A stretch of 64,000 nt of DNA from assembly GCA_025786725.1 (NCBI GenBank), contig JAHLTZ010000010.1, positions 434,001-498,000 on the forward strand. The letters run 5' to 3'. The notes under the pieces were generated by a model that ran no database searches, had not been told where the DNA came from, and saw only the letters and a program-made list of their open reading frames with translations. Source of the DNA: Syncephalis fuscata S228. Lineage: Eukaryota; Fungi; Zoopagomycota. This document shows, one piece after another, positions 1-14,914 of this stretch (the stretch's first letter is position 1; each line of letters begins with the position of its first letter). Made by a program: the position numbers and the translations under genes.

Positions 1-598
1 CAATATTCCTTGTGGACATGGCTGTTTGCCACGTAGCACCGATCCATTCTTCCCGGATTTCCACAACTTTAGTATCATTTCACCAAAAAACATCGGTTAA
101 AATATGACATTTTACTCAAATCAAAATTTCTTTATTACGTTTAAAACTGTAATAACTTTTTGTAGATAACTGTGGCAATTAGTTACTTGCTACCAGTCTT
201 GTTCAAAATCTTTGCTACCACTATATCGTTACCCTTCTTATCTGCATTGTTCTTTTACTTATTCTTTTTAATATAAGTATCGTTTTATTTTTGATATCAC
301 TTAGTAGATTTATATATAAATACATATTCTAGTTTTACTTTACTGTGTGATTTGGTAGTCAACGTCATAAGCAATGATGATAACGACGACGACGACGATA
401 ATAATAATTTTAATTGAATAGCAACCTCTCCATTTTATTTCTCTCTTTCTTTACTGTATACACTTTCTCCATTCACTTACTACTGACCACATAAAACGCA
501 GTCATCGCTAGTCCTTGTATTCAGAGAAATAATAGAATAGTTTGAATTCTACTCATTTATAGCTACATTACTGGTTTTCTTGTTTTATTCGTGCCACC

Positions 599-2273
599 AT
601 GGAAACTTTAAAGACAACAATCGATGAGTTTCAGTGCGTAAAGGACGCCGTGAACAACACGCGCGAACAAGAGTTGAAGTATATCGACGCCTTACTGGCC
701 GAGATTGCCGAGACAAAGCGTACCATTACGGAAGGTAGGTATATTGACAGGTTGCAAATACCTATAAGTGCATCTGTCTAGACAATTTATAGATTACCTG
801 GCGTAATTAACATAGAACCTACTAGATAGTAGTATGGCCAACAACGCCCTTTCCTCCTTGTTCCGATTAACGCAAGAAGCCAATACAAAGGTCAATGATA
901 GTCATAAGACGCAACAAAACGTATTGTCAAAATATGTCCGCGTATTAGACAAGGTATGTCTGCCCTGTGCTTCTTTTATTCGACTCGCTAGTTCACGTAT
1001 TAACACGCACTTACTATACGGTTTTAGAAATACAAATTGGAACTTGATTTAATTGCTGATACGGCCACACTCAATGGCAACGAACATGCTATATTAGAGG
1101 CTGTATGTCTACACTTTTTAATTCATGGCGAATTTGAACTGGCCAATAGTCTTATTGAGGTAAATAGAGCCTCAATAATATCAATACTTTATTTACTCAA
1201 TGATTTATTCAATGGCTTATTTACAGGAGTCTAATATCAATGTATTAACATCCACTCGAGACAATTATGCCCGTTTATTCAGTATTCTTGCACCATTACG
1301 CCAGAACGATTTAGTGCCAGCACTTAGGTAGGATAGCCATGGATAGTGTATTATTGTGCTAATCAATACTATGTATATTAGCTGGGCGGCTCAGCATCGT
1401 GGTCTAGTTTCAAAAGAACGAGAAAACAATTTGGAATTTGCCTTACATCGACTACGCTACTTGCAACTGTTGAAATCAGGCGATGTATATGCTGCACTAA
1501 CGTATGCACGAGATTATTTTGGTCTATTCTGTAAAAAACAGCTAAAAGGTAAGTAAATATGAATAGTGGTATACAGTTACCGTAATAGCTTACAACTATC
1601 CTTCACTATGCTAGATATACCTCGTCTAATGGGTGCTCTACTCTATGCCGGCCGTCTTGATGACTCGCCATATGCCGATATGATTAATGACGATGAATGG
1701 AAGACTGTGGAACAACTGTTTCGTGCTGAATATTGTACGGCCTTGAACTTGCCAAGTGAAAGTCCGCTCTATACAAGGTAATTGATACATAGTATTTACT
1801 CATTTTAATCGATATATTAATTACTCCTTATAATACATCAATCACGTTATTGTTATTGTTGTGTATATTATTAGTGTTGTTGTAGGTACAACGGCCATTC
1901 CAAGTATCATTAAAATGTCACAAGTAATGAAGACAAATCGTACAGAGTGGACACAACAAGATGAATTGCCAGTAAGCTAATTATGAAGGCCTTATTACAA
2001 CGTTATACTAATTTACCTCTTCCCCCTCTTCCCCTTCTTTGTGTTCAGGTAAGTATTCCCATACCAGACAGTGTTCGATTTCATTCTACCTTCGTGTGTC
2101 CTGTCTCTAAGGACTACGGCACTATTGAGAATCCACCGATGAGAATGCCATGTGGACATGTTATCGGCTATGAGTCATTGATGAAATTAAGTAATCATGA
2201 TCAGACACGATTCAAATGTCCTTATTGTCCATCAGAATCAGGAGCCTCTCAAGCCATGCGTATTTATTTTTAA
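599..2273 (+). CDS. RMD5: CTLH/GID complex RING subunit (Rmd5/Gid2/RMND5-like), multi-exon
   Basis: LisH-like (AVCLHFLIHGEFELANSL), CTLH/CRA (LEFALHRLRYLQLL; ESPLY) and the degenerate C-terminal RING FHSTFVCPVSK..NPPMRMPCGHVI..FKCPYCP, joined by GT-AG introns. Confidence 0.9.
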
Positions 2274-2350
2274 TGGTGTTTATAATAAAAAAAACTATAA
2301 TTGGGAATAATAGGCATGCCCGCTATAGGCACAGAAACACATATACAGTG

Positions 2351-4941
2351 TTACTCCAACTTGGTTAGCAAGTGTTTCAAACCAGTATTTGGCGAATTAT
2401 CTTTAGCGGCAGCAGTGGCAGCAGCAGCCAGCTTTTTGCGCACTACCTTTAGTTCTTGGCTTACTTTCGCTTCTATTGTTGGGTGTTCCAATAGAGAAAG
2501 TACCAGGAAACTGCTACTGCTGCAAATGGCATGTGCGTATAATTCACCTTGAATCGCATCGTATAATTGTTTTGTAAATCCAATTTCATCTACATATCAT
2601 TTCATTAGTAATAGTTACATGATTGTTAATACTATCCATTACCTTGTTTATCGGCTCGGATAATGGTCGTAAATGCACGTAGTGCCAATGGATGGCGTAG
2701 TACATGTTCTTTTACTTCACTATTCGTCTCTTCATCATCATTACTAGCCATTTCTTGACTGGCTAGATCAACGAGTGCGGTAATTGCTTTTTGTTTATCA
2801 CCTAGATTGTAATTTACTCGTTATTAATCATGTTCATAATGAATACATGATAGCAATTGTAATACCTTTTGCGTGGATGATTGTTTCGTAAACAACCTGA
2901 CTTCCGTAGGCTATATTAATGAGTTCTGGCTGTTGAGCAATTAACGCTAATAAATCTTCAGATATGGCTTCTAAAAACTCTTGAGCACGCACGGTAGCAT
3001 CTTTCTTTGATGTCTTGGAGCGAATCTCATCGCCCGATGCCAATAGTCCCAATGTTTCTTGTGAATGGTACCGAGGACTGCGGCCTACCAATAGATAGAG
3101 AAGCACTCGATGTCCGTACTTATCCTTGACTAATTCAGATAAGTTTTCACTAATTGTCTATAAGTATCGGTATTTAGTACAGTTATAGTCGATGGCTATA
3201 TAATAGCAAATAATATTTACTTACCGAAACGATTAACTTGCGGACAAGTACGTATCGTCAATAACGTCGAATAAGCGTAGTAAGACCCAGTGACCGTATT
3301 CCTCTTGGCAGATCTTGATCACATAAGGCTTAAATGCTCGCACAACTACTTTACGGTCTTTGGGTGAACTATGGGCTAGTATAAGCATTGCTGCCTGTGC
3401 ACCATCTTTGGTATGCACTATCTCAGCAATTTGTTCTTTAACCAATCCAATCATGTTCTATGGTCATTTATCGAATATTAATACAGGTGATTATACACAT
3501 ATAGATATCATTCATCAATTACTTACCGCAATATCATTGTCGTCGCCAAATGTAAGATATTCTAATAATAAACGATGTACAATGCTATTATTAATGGTGC
3601 CTTTTGTTAAAGCACGGTTTAAGGCTTCGGCCATATTCTTAAGAATAGATTCACGCTTCTCTGGCTGTTCCTCGATAATTTCCTTTAATGTTCGTGGTTT
3701 GCTAGCAGCCTATAAACATATTAGCCTATCGTCTAATAATCGTACTTCATTCTCATCTTACCTTAAATAATCTATATTCTGGTCCGTAGAATTCAACAAT
3801 CATTGCAGAACGCTGTTGTGCTGAAGAGTGTTGGGCAAATATCTCTTCCAATACAGTGGCTGCTTCCTATAACAATTCAGTTAGTCATAAATTAAAACTA
3901 TATGAAGTAACTTGCTTTACGGAATAGAAGGTGTCCTAGATGACCTTGGAATTCTTTAACAATCACATCTCGCATACGAGGACTGTATACATACAAATTA
4001 TTTAAATTAACTACTATCTATGATTACTGTCAAAAAAACTTACCAGAAATTGAAAATCTTAATAATCAAAAAATGACCATATTTACTTTTACATAAAGCT
4101 AGGTAGTTACGCTTTAAGCCTTGAGCAATCTGCTGACGCTGTTCAGCCGAGCCTCGCTTTAAGCAGGATTGAATAAGACGTGACATATCATGTTTAAAAA
4201 TAAACTATACATTGATCCATTATATTAACATTCAGTTAAATAGCTATAGCTATAGCTATAGCTATATATATATATATAACTTACCTCAGCAAATTCACCA
4301 TTAATGATGGCTAAAATCTTGCCAACAAGTTCAATCTGTTCGCTTTTGGATACACCTTGTGGACGTAGCTTTTCCCAATGCTTCTTTAACTCCCAAATAC
4401 GATCCTGATTTGGCTTTGATGCACGGCGTTCACGTAGCAGTTCACGCTTCTGGCTTGATGTAAGTCGACTGCCTACACACAGTTAATAAATATTAGTATT
4501 TTTGTACATTTATTGAAGCAATGGATATATATATATATGCCACTACTTACTTTCGCCCTTTTCATTCTTAGCACGTTTTGCGTCGGCTGGTGTTGCGGCT
4601 GCATCAACGTCGCTTTCCAATCCATTGTCTTCCTCGCCTTCCGATCGATCCACATCCATTTCGTAGTCAACACTATCCGAGTAGGCGTCGGAATTGTTGT
4701 CCGAATCTTGCATCTCAACATCTTCATCGTGACTAACGGCAGTCACTGGCTCGCGGCGCTTAGTCGTCTTATCGCTAGCCTTTGTCTTGCTCTTTGCTAC
4801 GGCCGACGACGGTGTCTTATTTAGCTTGCCATGTGGTTTTTTTGTTGGTCGGTCAACCGCTTTAGTTGATGATTTGGTTGATTGCATAGCTTTGTCTTTT
4901 CCTGAATGCTTACGCTTTTGCTGCTCATTAGGTACTGCCAT
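2351..4941 (-). CDS. PUF6: Pumilio-homology nucleolar RNA-binding protein Puf6/PUM3, multi-exon
   Basis: Lys/acidic N-terminal tail; exons FKHDMSRLIQSCLK, EIVHTKDGAQAAM..KDRKVVVRAFKPY..EEYGHWVLLRLFDVIDDT, and DKYGHRVLLYLL..SKK (CPL region). ATG at 4941, stop at 2351. Confidence 0.9.
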
Positions 4942-5125
4942 GACAAACGTGCTAACTGACAGGGTATCCTTGTAGTGTATAAAGAATAGATTACGAAGAG
5001 GATTGTCGTGGCGGAGCAACAAGAAAACGAGTAAAAATATTTTGGTGCTTTTTTTTTTTTTTCAGTTAATTTTATTGCTGTCACTATAAACGCACACACA
5101 CCAAATCACACATTGTTGTATGTTC

Positions 5126-5817
5126 TTAGTTACTTTCGTCACTTTCTGTATCAGCGACGACGTCAGTAGCCGTTGAAGAATGAACAACAGCATTAGCAGC
5201 TTGCATCATAGACTCAAAGCGTCTCTGGTACTCTTCGTCCTCATCTGTGGGTTCGGTAACATTCGTTGCATCGTATGTATCTGGATGGCGAGTTCGCAGA
5301 TACTCAGATACTTGTAATTTATCAAGATCCTCGGCAGCAGCCTCCGCAGCCTAGATTTTATAAGTATAGAAATAATAAAGAAGCTTTTTATGCCCTTAAT
5401 ATATATAACTTACTGTTTTACCTTCATCGTTACGTAGTGCAGGATTGGCACCGCCAGCCAATAATGCTTCTACGCATTGAATTGTTTCGCAGGCAAATAA
5501 TGGCGTGTCGCCATCGGCATCGGTGCAGTTTGCATCAGCGCCGTGATCTAATAGTAATTTTACCATTTCGAGACGGTCGTAAGAGGCTGCAGCATGCCTA
5601 AATATCAATCAACTATAAATAAACTTGCTCAAACTGATATGCTAGATAGAACCTACAGTGCTGTATAGCCATTATCATCAGCTACATTTACATTGATACC
5701 ATCATTTAACAATGTCTATAATTATATAAGCGCACTTCAATGCATGTAGACGTTGAATGGTCGCACCTGAACACGTTCACTGTCACCTTCACCGGCTGCA
5801 ATCCAAATGTTACTCAT
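5126..5817 (-). CDS. Small ankyrin-repeat protein (YCR051W-like)
   Basis: Spliced [71 protein letters not shown], with an acidic tail. Confidence 0.85.
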
Positions 5818-6285
5818 TGTTTATTATAAGGGAGAAAAAACAGAAAAGCCCCAATCTGCTAATTGCCTATATCATGATATGGCCATATTGTTCCTTTGTC
5901 AGTATACGTAAAATAAAAGAGCGAATTTACAAATTTACCTGTTAAATGAGCAATAAAAAGTAATGTGTGATGAAGAAAAATTGCGATGATAATGTATCTA
6001 TAATTACTGGTTTGTTAAATGAATGTGTAGTTTAAATGTGTGAATAATCAATATAGTCATTTGACCACCAAACAAACATCAACTACGATCATTTGTTTTT
6101 TAATATCATTCACCACCATCACCATTTCTGATAGAACAAATGTTAGCTTAAATGTACAAATATTATTAAATGTAGTCATTTAACACCAAAATTATTAAAT
6201 GGTTTAGTAAATTGCTAATAAAAGGCATAAAGAATAAATGGAATATAAAATGATTTGTATTAAATGCTTGCAGCTACAGCTTTAT

Positions 6286-8260
6286 TTATAGCATATATGC
6301 TTTGTATGCTCCATTATATAAGCCGACTCGACTAACAACAACACTTGATGCATAATAGTCGAAATACTCGAAATATATATTGCGATTTGAGAATAGCAAA
6401 TGTCCATCTCCTGTTTGTTCTCTAGCAGGACGTGCTGATGGTATGCAAATACTGCCAGTGTGCATATCAATAAGGTGGTTTTTTACAGATTTTTTGTTGA
6501 ATACCGCGCACAAAGATCCAAGCAAAGGAATAAACTTCGAATGGCTTGGACAAGCAATTGAACGCAATATATTTCCGTTTCAAGCATCCAATATATTATA
6601 TTTTCTAGCATCTCGAACGACGATCAGTTTCTTGCTGTATAGCGGTGTAACGGTATTGTTGTGGATAACTCGAGTCCATAATATGTGTCCTTGTTCAGAA
6701 CTATCAATTGGCAATAGTTGATTATAATTTCCAGCGTCGAATGAATGTTGCAGCGAGCCATCGCGTGATGGTCTTTTTAATGCAAATAAAGAGAGTGAGG
6801 CATTAGACGTTCCATTGTGGATTTTGTGTTCTTCATCAGTTAAGTCATATAGAATAACTAAGCTCATTCTATTCGTATACATCACAGATTTGGTAATGGC
6901 GTTTGGACAGTATGGGAGGTAGAACTGGCCCGATGATATTGGTCCACATTTAGATTGGACCGTTTGGAAATCAAATAATTTCCATTTGATACTTATTAAT
7001 TGGTCGTCGCTGCCAACAGTTTTCAAATCTTGTACAGCAGTGGACGTAGAAGCGTCGCTAGCTTCCATAAATTTACATGCTATTGAAAACTTTAACGATT
7101 GGCATTGGTTACGGCAAGCAAACTGAATCGAACCGGATGAAAGAAAATTAGACGATGAAACTTCTATCCATTGACTTTCGTTACAATTATACAAATACAA
7201 TTGGCAATGCGGTGCTATTTTTATATTGCGTTTGCGAAAAAGTAACCAGTCGCTACAAGTATCGATTAATTCTGGCCAAAATGCTGTGCATTCTCCTTCT
7301 TGAATACCGCCAGTACGATAGATAATGTTGGAGGTGAGCTATTATCAATAGGCCATACTATAATAGCAGTTCGTGTGCCAAATTTTAGCTTTTCAAAAAA
7401 TGCAAAGGTCGCTAATGCAGCAGCTTCTACAGACTCATTTTCTGTGTCGCGCTGCACTTCTGCTTTAGGCCATTCCACTATTATTATTGGTGTTAATAAA
7501 TGTTTGCTACAATTATTAGTGTTGATCATTAGTACTTACCTACTGGATCACCGATATATATTGGTTTTGCATCTCCACATACCATCAATGAAATGCTGGC
7601 CACAACAAATCGACTTGTTCCATGAATAGAATCCACGCAAGGCGTGCTATCATGTAATGCTAAAGTGCTAATCAATTCTTCTCCGATTATTGCCTCGCTA
7701 TCATGTTCACGTTCTTCTCCACGAACAACATGATAAATTGCCATATTTTTGGTGTTCTGTTATCATATACTAATGTGTTCCATGGGTTTGTGCTGACTAT
7801 TCCTAGTTCCGCACGCTCATCAACTGGCAATTGGTAGCTTCGCTCATTGAATCGGCTAGCCATCAATTCGTAGCTGGTCTGTTTGCGACGTTGAAACGCA
7901 CAGTACCATTTGACGGTATCAAAGCCAGGAATTAACAAGCAATCATTAACAGACGATGTAGCCTCATCATCGCTATTATTAATTGTTGTTGTTTCAGACA
8001 ATAATGAACGTTTTTGTTTCTTTATGTTTATACTAAGCGTAAGCATGCTTACGTTTGCTGTAGTATCCATGCACCAGGCAAACCAAGAGAGTCATTCTTG
8101 TTTACGTTTATTGTCTAAAAAGTGCTTGGAGATATCATTGTTCCAATTATAAGATTGATCAGTTATTATTTGATAAATGAATTGACAACTTTTTGGCAAA
8201 CGGTTCAACTTTTACTATTTATAAAATTGCACAAATATAATAAAGCAGTAACGTCTTTCA
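6286..8260 (-). pseudogene. Frameshifted or degenerate paralog of the F-box-like gene at 45863-47764
   Basis: Five successive minus-strand ORFs in shifting frames share motifs with the 45863 protein (WYCAFQRR/WYLHLKRR, VSTNPWNTLV/VATSPWRTLV, IKWKLFDF/FHWQLWEV). The upstream F-box-like remnant contains stops. The 5' boundary is approximate. Confidence 0.55.
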
Positions 8261-10001
8261 TATACGCTCATTATTAGTGCTCAAAAACATGATTAACTAG
8301 AAATAGTTTTGTTAGGAATATTACACAACAAATGGAATAAGTAGTTGGAAAAAAACAAAACTGCACAGCTGCAATATAATTCATTCTATTCATAATAAAA
8401 TGATTACATAATTACGTATATCTATTGAAATATAATAAATATTAATATTATTTATTGTAATTAAATATATGCTAAAACTACGTATAAACACGATAAATTG
8501 CCAAAAAAAAAAAAGGTTAAGCAAGATTTTTAATTATTTAACAAATGGTTTATTATCACAAAATTAGCTAATTAACTAATTCTCTAATTAACAATAAAGT
8601 TTATAAAGTTGCCACAGCAGCAACGAACATACATACTTTATTGTCATAGTAACGAATTTGTGAGTAAAATTTTTATTTTTTTCACTCAAATTAGTATTTA
8701 AAACGAGTGATTCATTACATCTATGTCGATTGTTTATTATATGAATACAATTACAATGTTTGCAAAAATACTTGCTAGTTTATTACTTATTTAACATGTA
8801 TGTTGGCAGAAAATTAATTTTTGTTTAATTCACGTAGCAAAATAACAGGAAATTACATTACAAGGTAGCATTTAAACAAAAAAATGCATGCAATTAAGGC
8901 ATCTGGCGTATAGATCTCATGTATTGGCACTAAATAGCATAAATAATTTAGCATTAATAATAATATTACTATAAACAAATAGCACTAATAAACATTTTAA
9001 AACACGCGAAAAAATTATTAGTAACGATTGTTATTATTATTCTAATAAAAAATATTCAATTACAAACAATTTTTTGTATATTTAGAACAATTTTCTAGAA
9101 ACAGTTTAGTACTATTTTTTATGCCAAAATGTGGAAATAGCCGGATATTAATAGTGAGTCAGTATTGTGATTACATATAAGCTAACAGACAATGATGAAA
9201 TCAGAATATATTGAAATACACAAATACATACAAGTAATCTAACTAATAACAATATCATACAACCAAAACTTACAATATTCGTTTTGACAATGGTGTCAGC
9301 TGTTTATTTAGCTAATTTATTTATTCTATTATTGTTATCGCACTAATATCTAACTTGCTTTATTTCACATTAATAATAATAGGGTAATATCAGTATAATT
9401 TGTGCTTGAGCATCTAGGCTAAAGCCTTTAAAATCAGAGGTGTAACGCTAATCTATTTGTATTACTATTTACAACATAGTTGCATATATTTTAATAAATT
9501 CTATTTTGCGGCATTATTAGTATCTACATTAAATGGCCAAGTTTATATATATATATATATATAAACTATTATTAATTACTTGCGATACCTATTTATAAAT
9601 GATAACCAATTGCTATTCTAAATTGATTTTAATTACTAAAAGGTAATGAGTCGAATACAGAGTTATTAAGTTTATGATGGTTTTAAATACTTGTCTAAAC
9701 CAAATGCTTACAGCATGTCAGATTCATTAGACAAGCAAATAATTGATTTTACGCTAATACTGATAACTAATCTTAACAATAAATTTTCTAAAAACGTACT
9801 AGGCCATTTGATTGTATCAACACTAACAATGACTGTATTTTAAAACATAATCGCCTAACCTGCCATGATACTACAAAACAAATCAGTAAACTAAAAACTT
9901 TGGACTGTAATTAAACGAGTTTTATTATTGTTTAGCACTTTTAATGCTAATTTAATTCTGGCGCTGTTCACTATTTTATTTAGTTGTAAGTCGTTGCTTG
10001 T

Positions 10002-10487
10002 TTAGCACTTTGGAAAGCTCTTTGGTAATTTATCGTTACGGCCAAAGTCTTGTGTCCAGTAGGTCTGACCGCCATTGCCTAAAGCCATACCGCTGCCGAA
10101 ATGCGTGGCATCGCTTACTAGATTCTTGAGATGAAGAGGCGAGGCAATCCAGCTGTTCATGACTTGCTCTATAGATGTCTGTCCGCTTGCGACGTTCTCG
10201 CTTACACTGTTCCATCCGCCGCCACTGGCAGAGCAGCGCTGCATTAAACCAGGCTCACCAGCAAACGAATGGCTCATCTGATTATTACGGGCCTGAAGTA
10301 CACTATGGTCCTGTGCAGCTTTGTTCAGGCCGGTATCAATTGCAAGTGGTGGAAGCTTTTTTTCAGCGCGGAATTTGTTGACCAGGCAAATCATTTTTGT
10401 TGGATCGAAGCTAACTGGGCCAGCGCTTACTTCAATCGCGCTGGCGGCGAATGCGGTAATCATAATAAGAGTAGTGAGGAATTGCAT
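10002..10487 (-). CDS. Secreted CAP (SCP/PR-1-like) domain protein, copy 1
   Basis: Signal peptide MQFLTTLIMITAFAASA; CAP motifs LVNKFR, AAQDHS, MSH, SENVASGQ, VMNSWIASPLHLKNL, YWTQDFG; intronless. Confidence 0.9.
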   Translation of the reverse strand: MQFLTTLIMITAFAASAIEVSAGPVSFDPTKMICLVNKFRAEKKLPPLAIDTGLNKAAQDHSVLQARNNQMSHSFAGEPGLMQRCSASGGGWNSVSENVASGQTSIEQVMNSWIASPLHLKNLVSDATHFGSGMALGNGGQTYWTQDFGRNDKLPKSFPKC

Positions 10488-13400
10488 GATGATAATGTTC
10501 GTAAGCTTAAAAGTCGTGCGTAACAGCTAGTGCGTTTAGTCAATTTAGCAGCCTAGTTGTAATCAATGGCGTAAAGGTGCTGGCGTAAAGTCGTTGCAGA
10601 AGCTGTTGCTTTGTTGAGATGCTGAACCAACTATTAACCAAATAAATCGCCATGTATTTATATCCAATTTTTAGTAACAGCTACTATGTGTTCCATGATT
10701 GTAACCATGATCAAGAGTGTTTTCACTGTTTAGGTCCCGGGTGGCGTAATAAACAACATCTCCAAGCACCCGTGCTAAAACATGGCTGCCCTTGATGATT
10801 CTGACATCAACGTTTCAAGCAACCAGCCAGTCATCCCATTTTTACCAAATCGTACTTTTTGCACATTGTATTGCACAATGTGCTAATCATGTTTGTAGCC
10901 TATTTTATGTTTATTCTTGCAACTAGTGATTTTTGTCAAAAAATATGATAGCACGCCATTTAATGTGCTATATTACAAAGTCAACTTTACTAATTATAAC
11001 ACACTGCATGTTTTATATTATTACACAATACAAGTTTGCATCTTTTTTATTGCATCAAAGTTGTGACCCAACCTCCGCAGTACTGGTTTGAAGCATCATG
11101 TCTTGTCATATTTACTAACTATAATATATTGGTTTCATTAAACTAGTGCTAAGGCCAAGACCCGTGAAAGCATTCCGGTTATACCAACACAGTATTGTCA
11201 TAGCTAGATGCTATGGATTTAAATACGGCTATCTTTATCATGTATATATTGGTTCAAGGCGTTGTAGTAGGCCAATAAACCAACAATTATATTAATAAAC
11301 TGGTATTGTTATAAATACCGGGTTTCACGTGCAATGTAAACACGATACAATTACTGATTGCAATAGATTCATTCGTTGCATTATGACAATTCTATATGTT
11401 GCATTAGAAAAGCGTGTTAATGTTTTGGTTTTCGTTTGCAATTCGTCTGCTGATAAAACCATATTGTATAATTTATCATATTGTAGACATAAACAATATC
11501 TAAACACAAGTAGTAAAAATAAATGGTGTTTATTAATACTTGCGCTAGAGAATTAACAAAAAGAGTTTGCTTGTTGTTACCGACAGTAATGCAGAAAAGG
11601 TGGCCTTGAATCTATCACCGATGGTGCCGCCATGGAATTCGACTAGTGTGCACTTGTCACAGAAGTATCTATACTTAATATTGCACTGCCAATGTTCTAA
11701 TCACACCTTGTGCTCATTACTGATATCAAACAGCTCTTGGCGGTTGGTGGCCAGATTGGTGTTATTCGACTATAAACAAAAATATTAGTAGCGCATCCAG
11801 CTGTAGATTCCCAGTCCCAAACAATAGTCATAAATATTGTACAACAGCATTATTCGTTATTGCCATTGCATATGATCATTATAAAAATGTAATATTTGCT
11901 ATTTCTAGTAGCTGTGCTCGTCATAAAATTTTAATATTTCTATTTCCATTACCATGGCCAGCTTAAAATAGCAATTCTAGTGCAATTAGGCGGTAGAATC
12001 CAATGGAGTGTGAATTAAAAAGCAATAGTAAATTTGGCTAATAAAGTGCTGATAATACTATGTATAAAGTATGTAAAATGAAGCAAAATGCATGATATTT
12101 TGCACAAATATGTGCATAATATTCACACGCCTATTGTCAAATTATATCATAATTGTATTGCGTATCAATGCAATTATTGTGCTAATACGCTAATAGATGT
12201 GTAAAAATAGCAGTTTTTTGCCAATTATGGCTCGTATAAACAAAGTACAGCAAAATGATTGCCGGATTCGAGTTCACCGTGCTTAGTTATACAGATTGGT
12301 ATGATTTATAGAACAATGATTTTTGCATAAAATGTTAGTCAAAAATGTAATTTAGGTATAATTAGTTAACAAATATTTAACTTATATGTATATATGGCAT
12401 AAATATTTACATTATATTGGTATTTCTTCATACTAAATTGCTATCATGTTTGTTTTAGCGCTGCAAAATGCTTGGCTTTATTATAAACTAAACTAATTAT
12501 CAATATTACAATTTCTAAAATCATATAAGTTAAGTATTTGTTAACTAATTATACCTAAATTACATTTTTGACTAACATTTTATGCAAAAATCATTGTTCT
12601 ATAAATCATACCAATCTGTATAACTAAGCACGGTGAACTCGAATCCGGCAATCATTTTGCTGTACTTTGTTTATACGAGCCATAATTGGCAAAAAACTGC
12701 TATTTTTACACATCTATTAGCGTATTAGCACAATAATTGCATTGATACGCAATACAATTATGATATAATTTGACAATAGGCGTGTGAATATTATGCACAT
12801 ATTTGTGCAAAATATCATGCATTTTGCTTCATTTTACATACTTTATACATAGTATTATCAGCACTTTATTAGCCAAATTTACTATTGCTTTTTAATTCAC
12901 ACTCCATTGGATTCTACCGCCTAATTGCACTAGAATTGCTATTTTAAGCTGGCCATGGTAATGGAAATAGAAATATTAAAATTTTATGACGAGCACAGCT
13001 ACTAGAAATAGCAAATATTACATTTTTATAATGATCATATGCAATGGCAATAACGAATAATGCTGTTGTACAATATTTATGACTATTGTTTGGGACTGGG
13101 AATCTACAGCTGGATGCGCTACTAATATTTTTGTTTATAGTCGAATAACACCAATCTGGCCACCAACCGCCAAGAGCTGTTTGATATCAGTAATGAGCAC
13201 AAGGTGTGATTAGAACATTGGCAGTGCAATATTAAGTATAGATACTTCTGTGACAAGTGCACACTAGTCGAATTCCATGGCGGCACCATCGGTGATAGAT
13301 TCAAGGCCACCTTTTCTGCATTACTGTCGGTAACAACAAGCAAACTCTTTTTGTTAATTCTCTAGCGCAAGTATTAATAAACACCATTTATTTTTACTAC

Positions 13401-14428
13401 TTGTGTTTAGATATTGTTTATGTCTACAATATGATAAATTATACAATATGGTTTTATCAGCAGACGAATTGCAAACGAAAACCAAAACATTAACACGCTT
13501 TTCTAATGCAACATATAGAATTGTCATAATGCAACGAATGAATCTATTGCAATCAGTAATTGTATCGTGTTTACATTGCACGTGAAACCCGGTATTTATA
13601 ACAATACCAGTTTATTAATATAATTGTTGGTTTATTGGCCTACTACAACGCCTTGAACCAATATATACATGATAAAGATAGCCGTATTTAAATCCATAGC
13701 ATCTAGCTATGACAATACTGTGTTGGGTATAACCGGAATACTTTCACGGGTCTTGGCCTTAGCACTAGTTTAATGAAACCAATATATTATAGTTAGTAAA
13801 TATGACAAGACATGATGCTTCAAACCAGTACTGCGGAGGTTGGGTCACAACTTTGATGCAATAAAAAAGATGCAAACTTGTATTGTGTAATAATATAAAA
13901 CATGCAGTGTGTTATAATTAGTAAAGTTGACTTTGTAATATAGCACATTAAATGGCGTGCTATCATATTTTTTGACAAAAGATCACTAGTTGCAAGAATA
14001 AACATTAAAATAGGCTACAAACATGATTAGCACATTGTGACAATACAATGTGCAAAAAGTACGATTTTGGTAAAAATGGGATGACTGGCTGGTTGCTTGA
14101 AACGTTGATGTCAGAATCATCAAGGGCAGCCATGTTTTAGCACGGGTGCTTGGAGATGTTGTTTATTACGCCACCCGGGACCTAAACAGTGAAAACACTC
14201 TTGATCATGGTTACAATCATGGAACACATAGTAGCTGTTACTAAAAAATTGGATATAAATACATGGCGATTTATTTGGTTAATAGTTGGTTCAGCATCTC
14301 AACAAAGCAACAGCTTCTGCAACGACTTTACGCCAGCACCTTTACGCCATTGATTACAACTAGGCTGCTAAATTGACTAAACGCACTAGCTGTTACGCAC
14401 GACTTTTAAGCTTACGAACATTATCATC

Positions 14429-14914
14429 ATGCAATTCCTCACTACTCTTATTATGATTACCGCATTCGCCGCCAGCGCGATTGAAGTAAGCGCTGGCCCA
14501 GTTAGCTTCGATCCAACAAAAATGATTTGCCTGGTCAACAAATTCCGCGCTGAAAAAAAGCTTCCACCACTTGCAATTGATACCGGCCTGAACAAAGCTG
14601 CACAGGACCATAGTGTACTTCAGGCCCGTAATAATCAGATGAGCCATTCGTTTGCTGGTGAGCCTGGTTTAATGCAGCGCTGCTCTGCCAGTGGCGGCGG
14701 ATGGAACAGTGTAAGCGAGAACGTCGCAAGCGGACAGACATCTATAGAGCAAGTCATGAACAGCTGGATTGCCTCGCCTCTTCATCTCAAGAATCTAGTA
14801 AGCGATGCCACGCATTTCGGCAGCGGTATGGCTTTAGGCAATGGCGGTCAGACCTACTGGACACAAGACTTTGGCCGTAACGATAAATTACCAAAGAGCT
14901 TTCCAAAGTGCTAA
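14429..14914 (+). CDS. Secreted CAP domain protein, copy 2 (identical protein)
   Basis: Same 161-aa translation as 10002-10487; upstream TATAAA at ~14254. Confidence 0.9.
   Translation: MQFLTTLIMITAFAASAIEVSAGPVSFDPTKMICLVNKFRAEKKLPPLAIDTGLNKAAQDHSVLQARNNQMSHSFAGEPGLMQRCSASGGGWNSVSENVASGQTSIEQVMNSWIASPLHLKNLVSDATHFGSGMALGNGGQTYWTQDFGRNDKLPKSFPKC

Noticed and set aside
4240-4277. (TAGCTA)n and (AT)n runs, also at ~9544, 15353 and 50054
   Set aside because: Ordinary intronic or intergenic microsatellites
11325-13585. Short mirrored ORFs (60-75 aa) in the palindrome arms
   Set aside because: No recognisable domains, and their duplication simply reflects the palindrome
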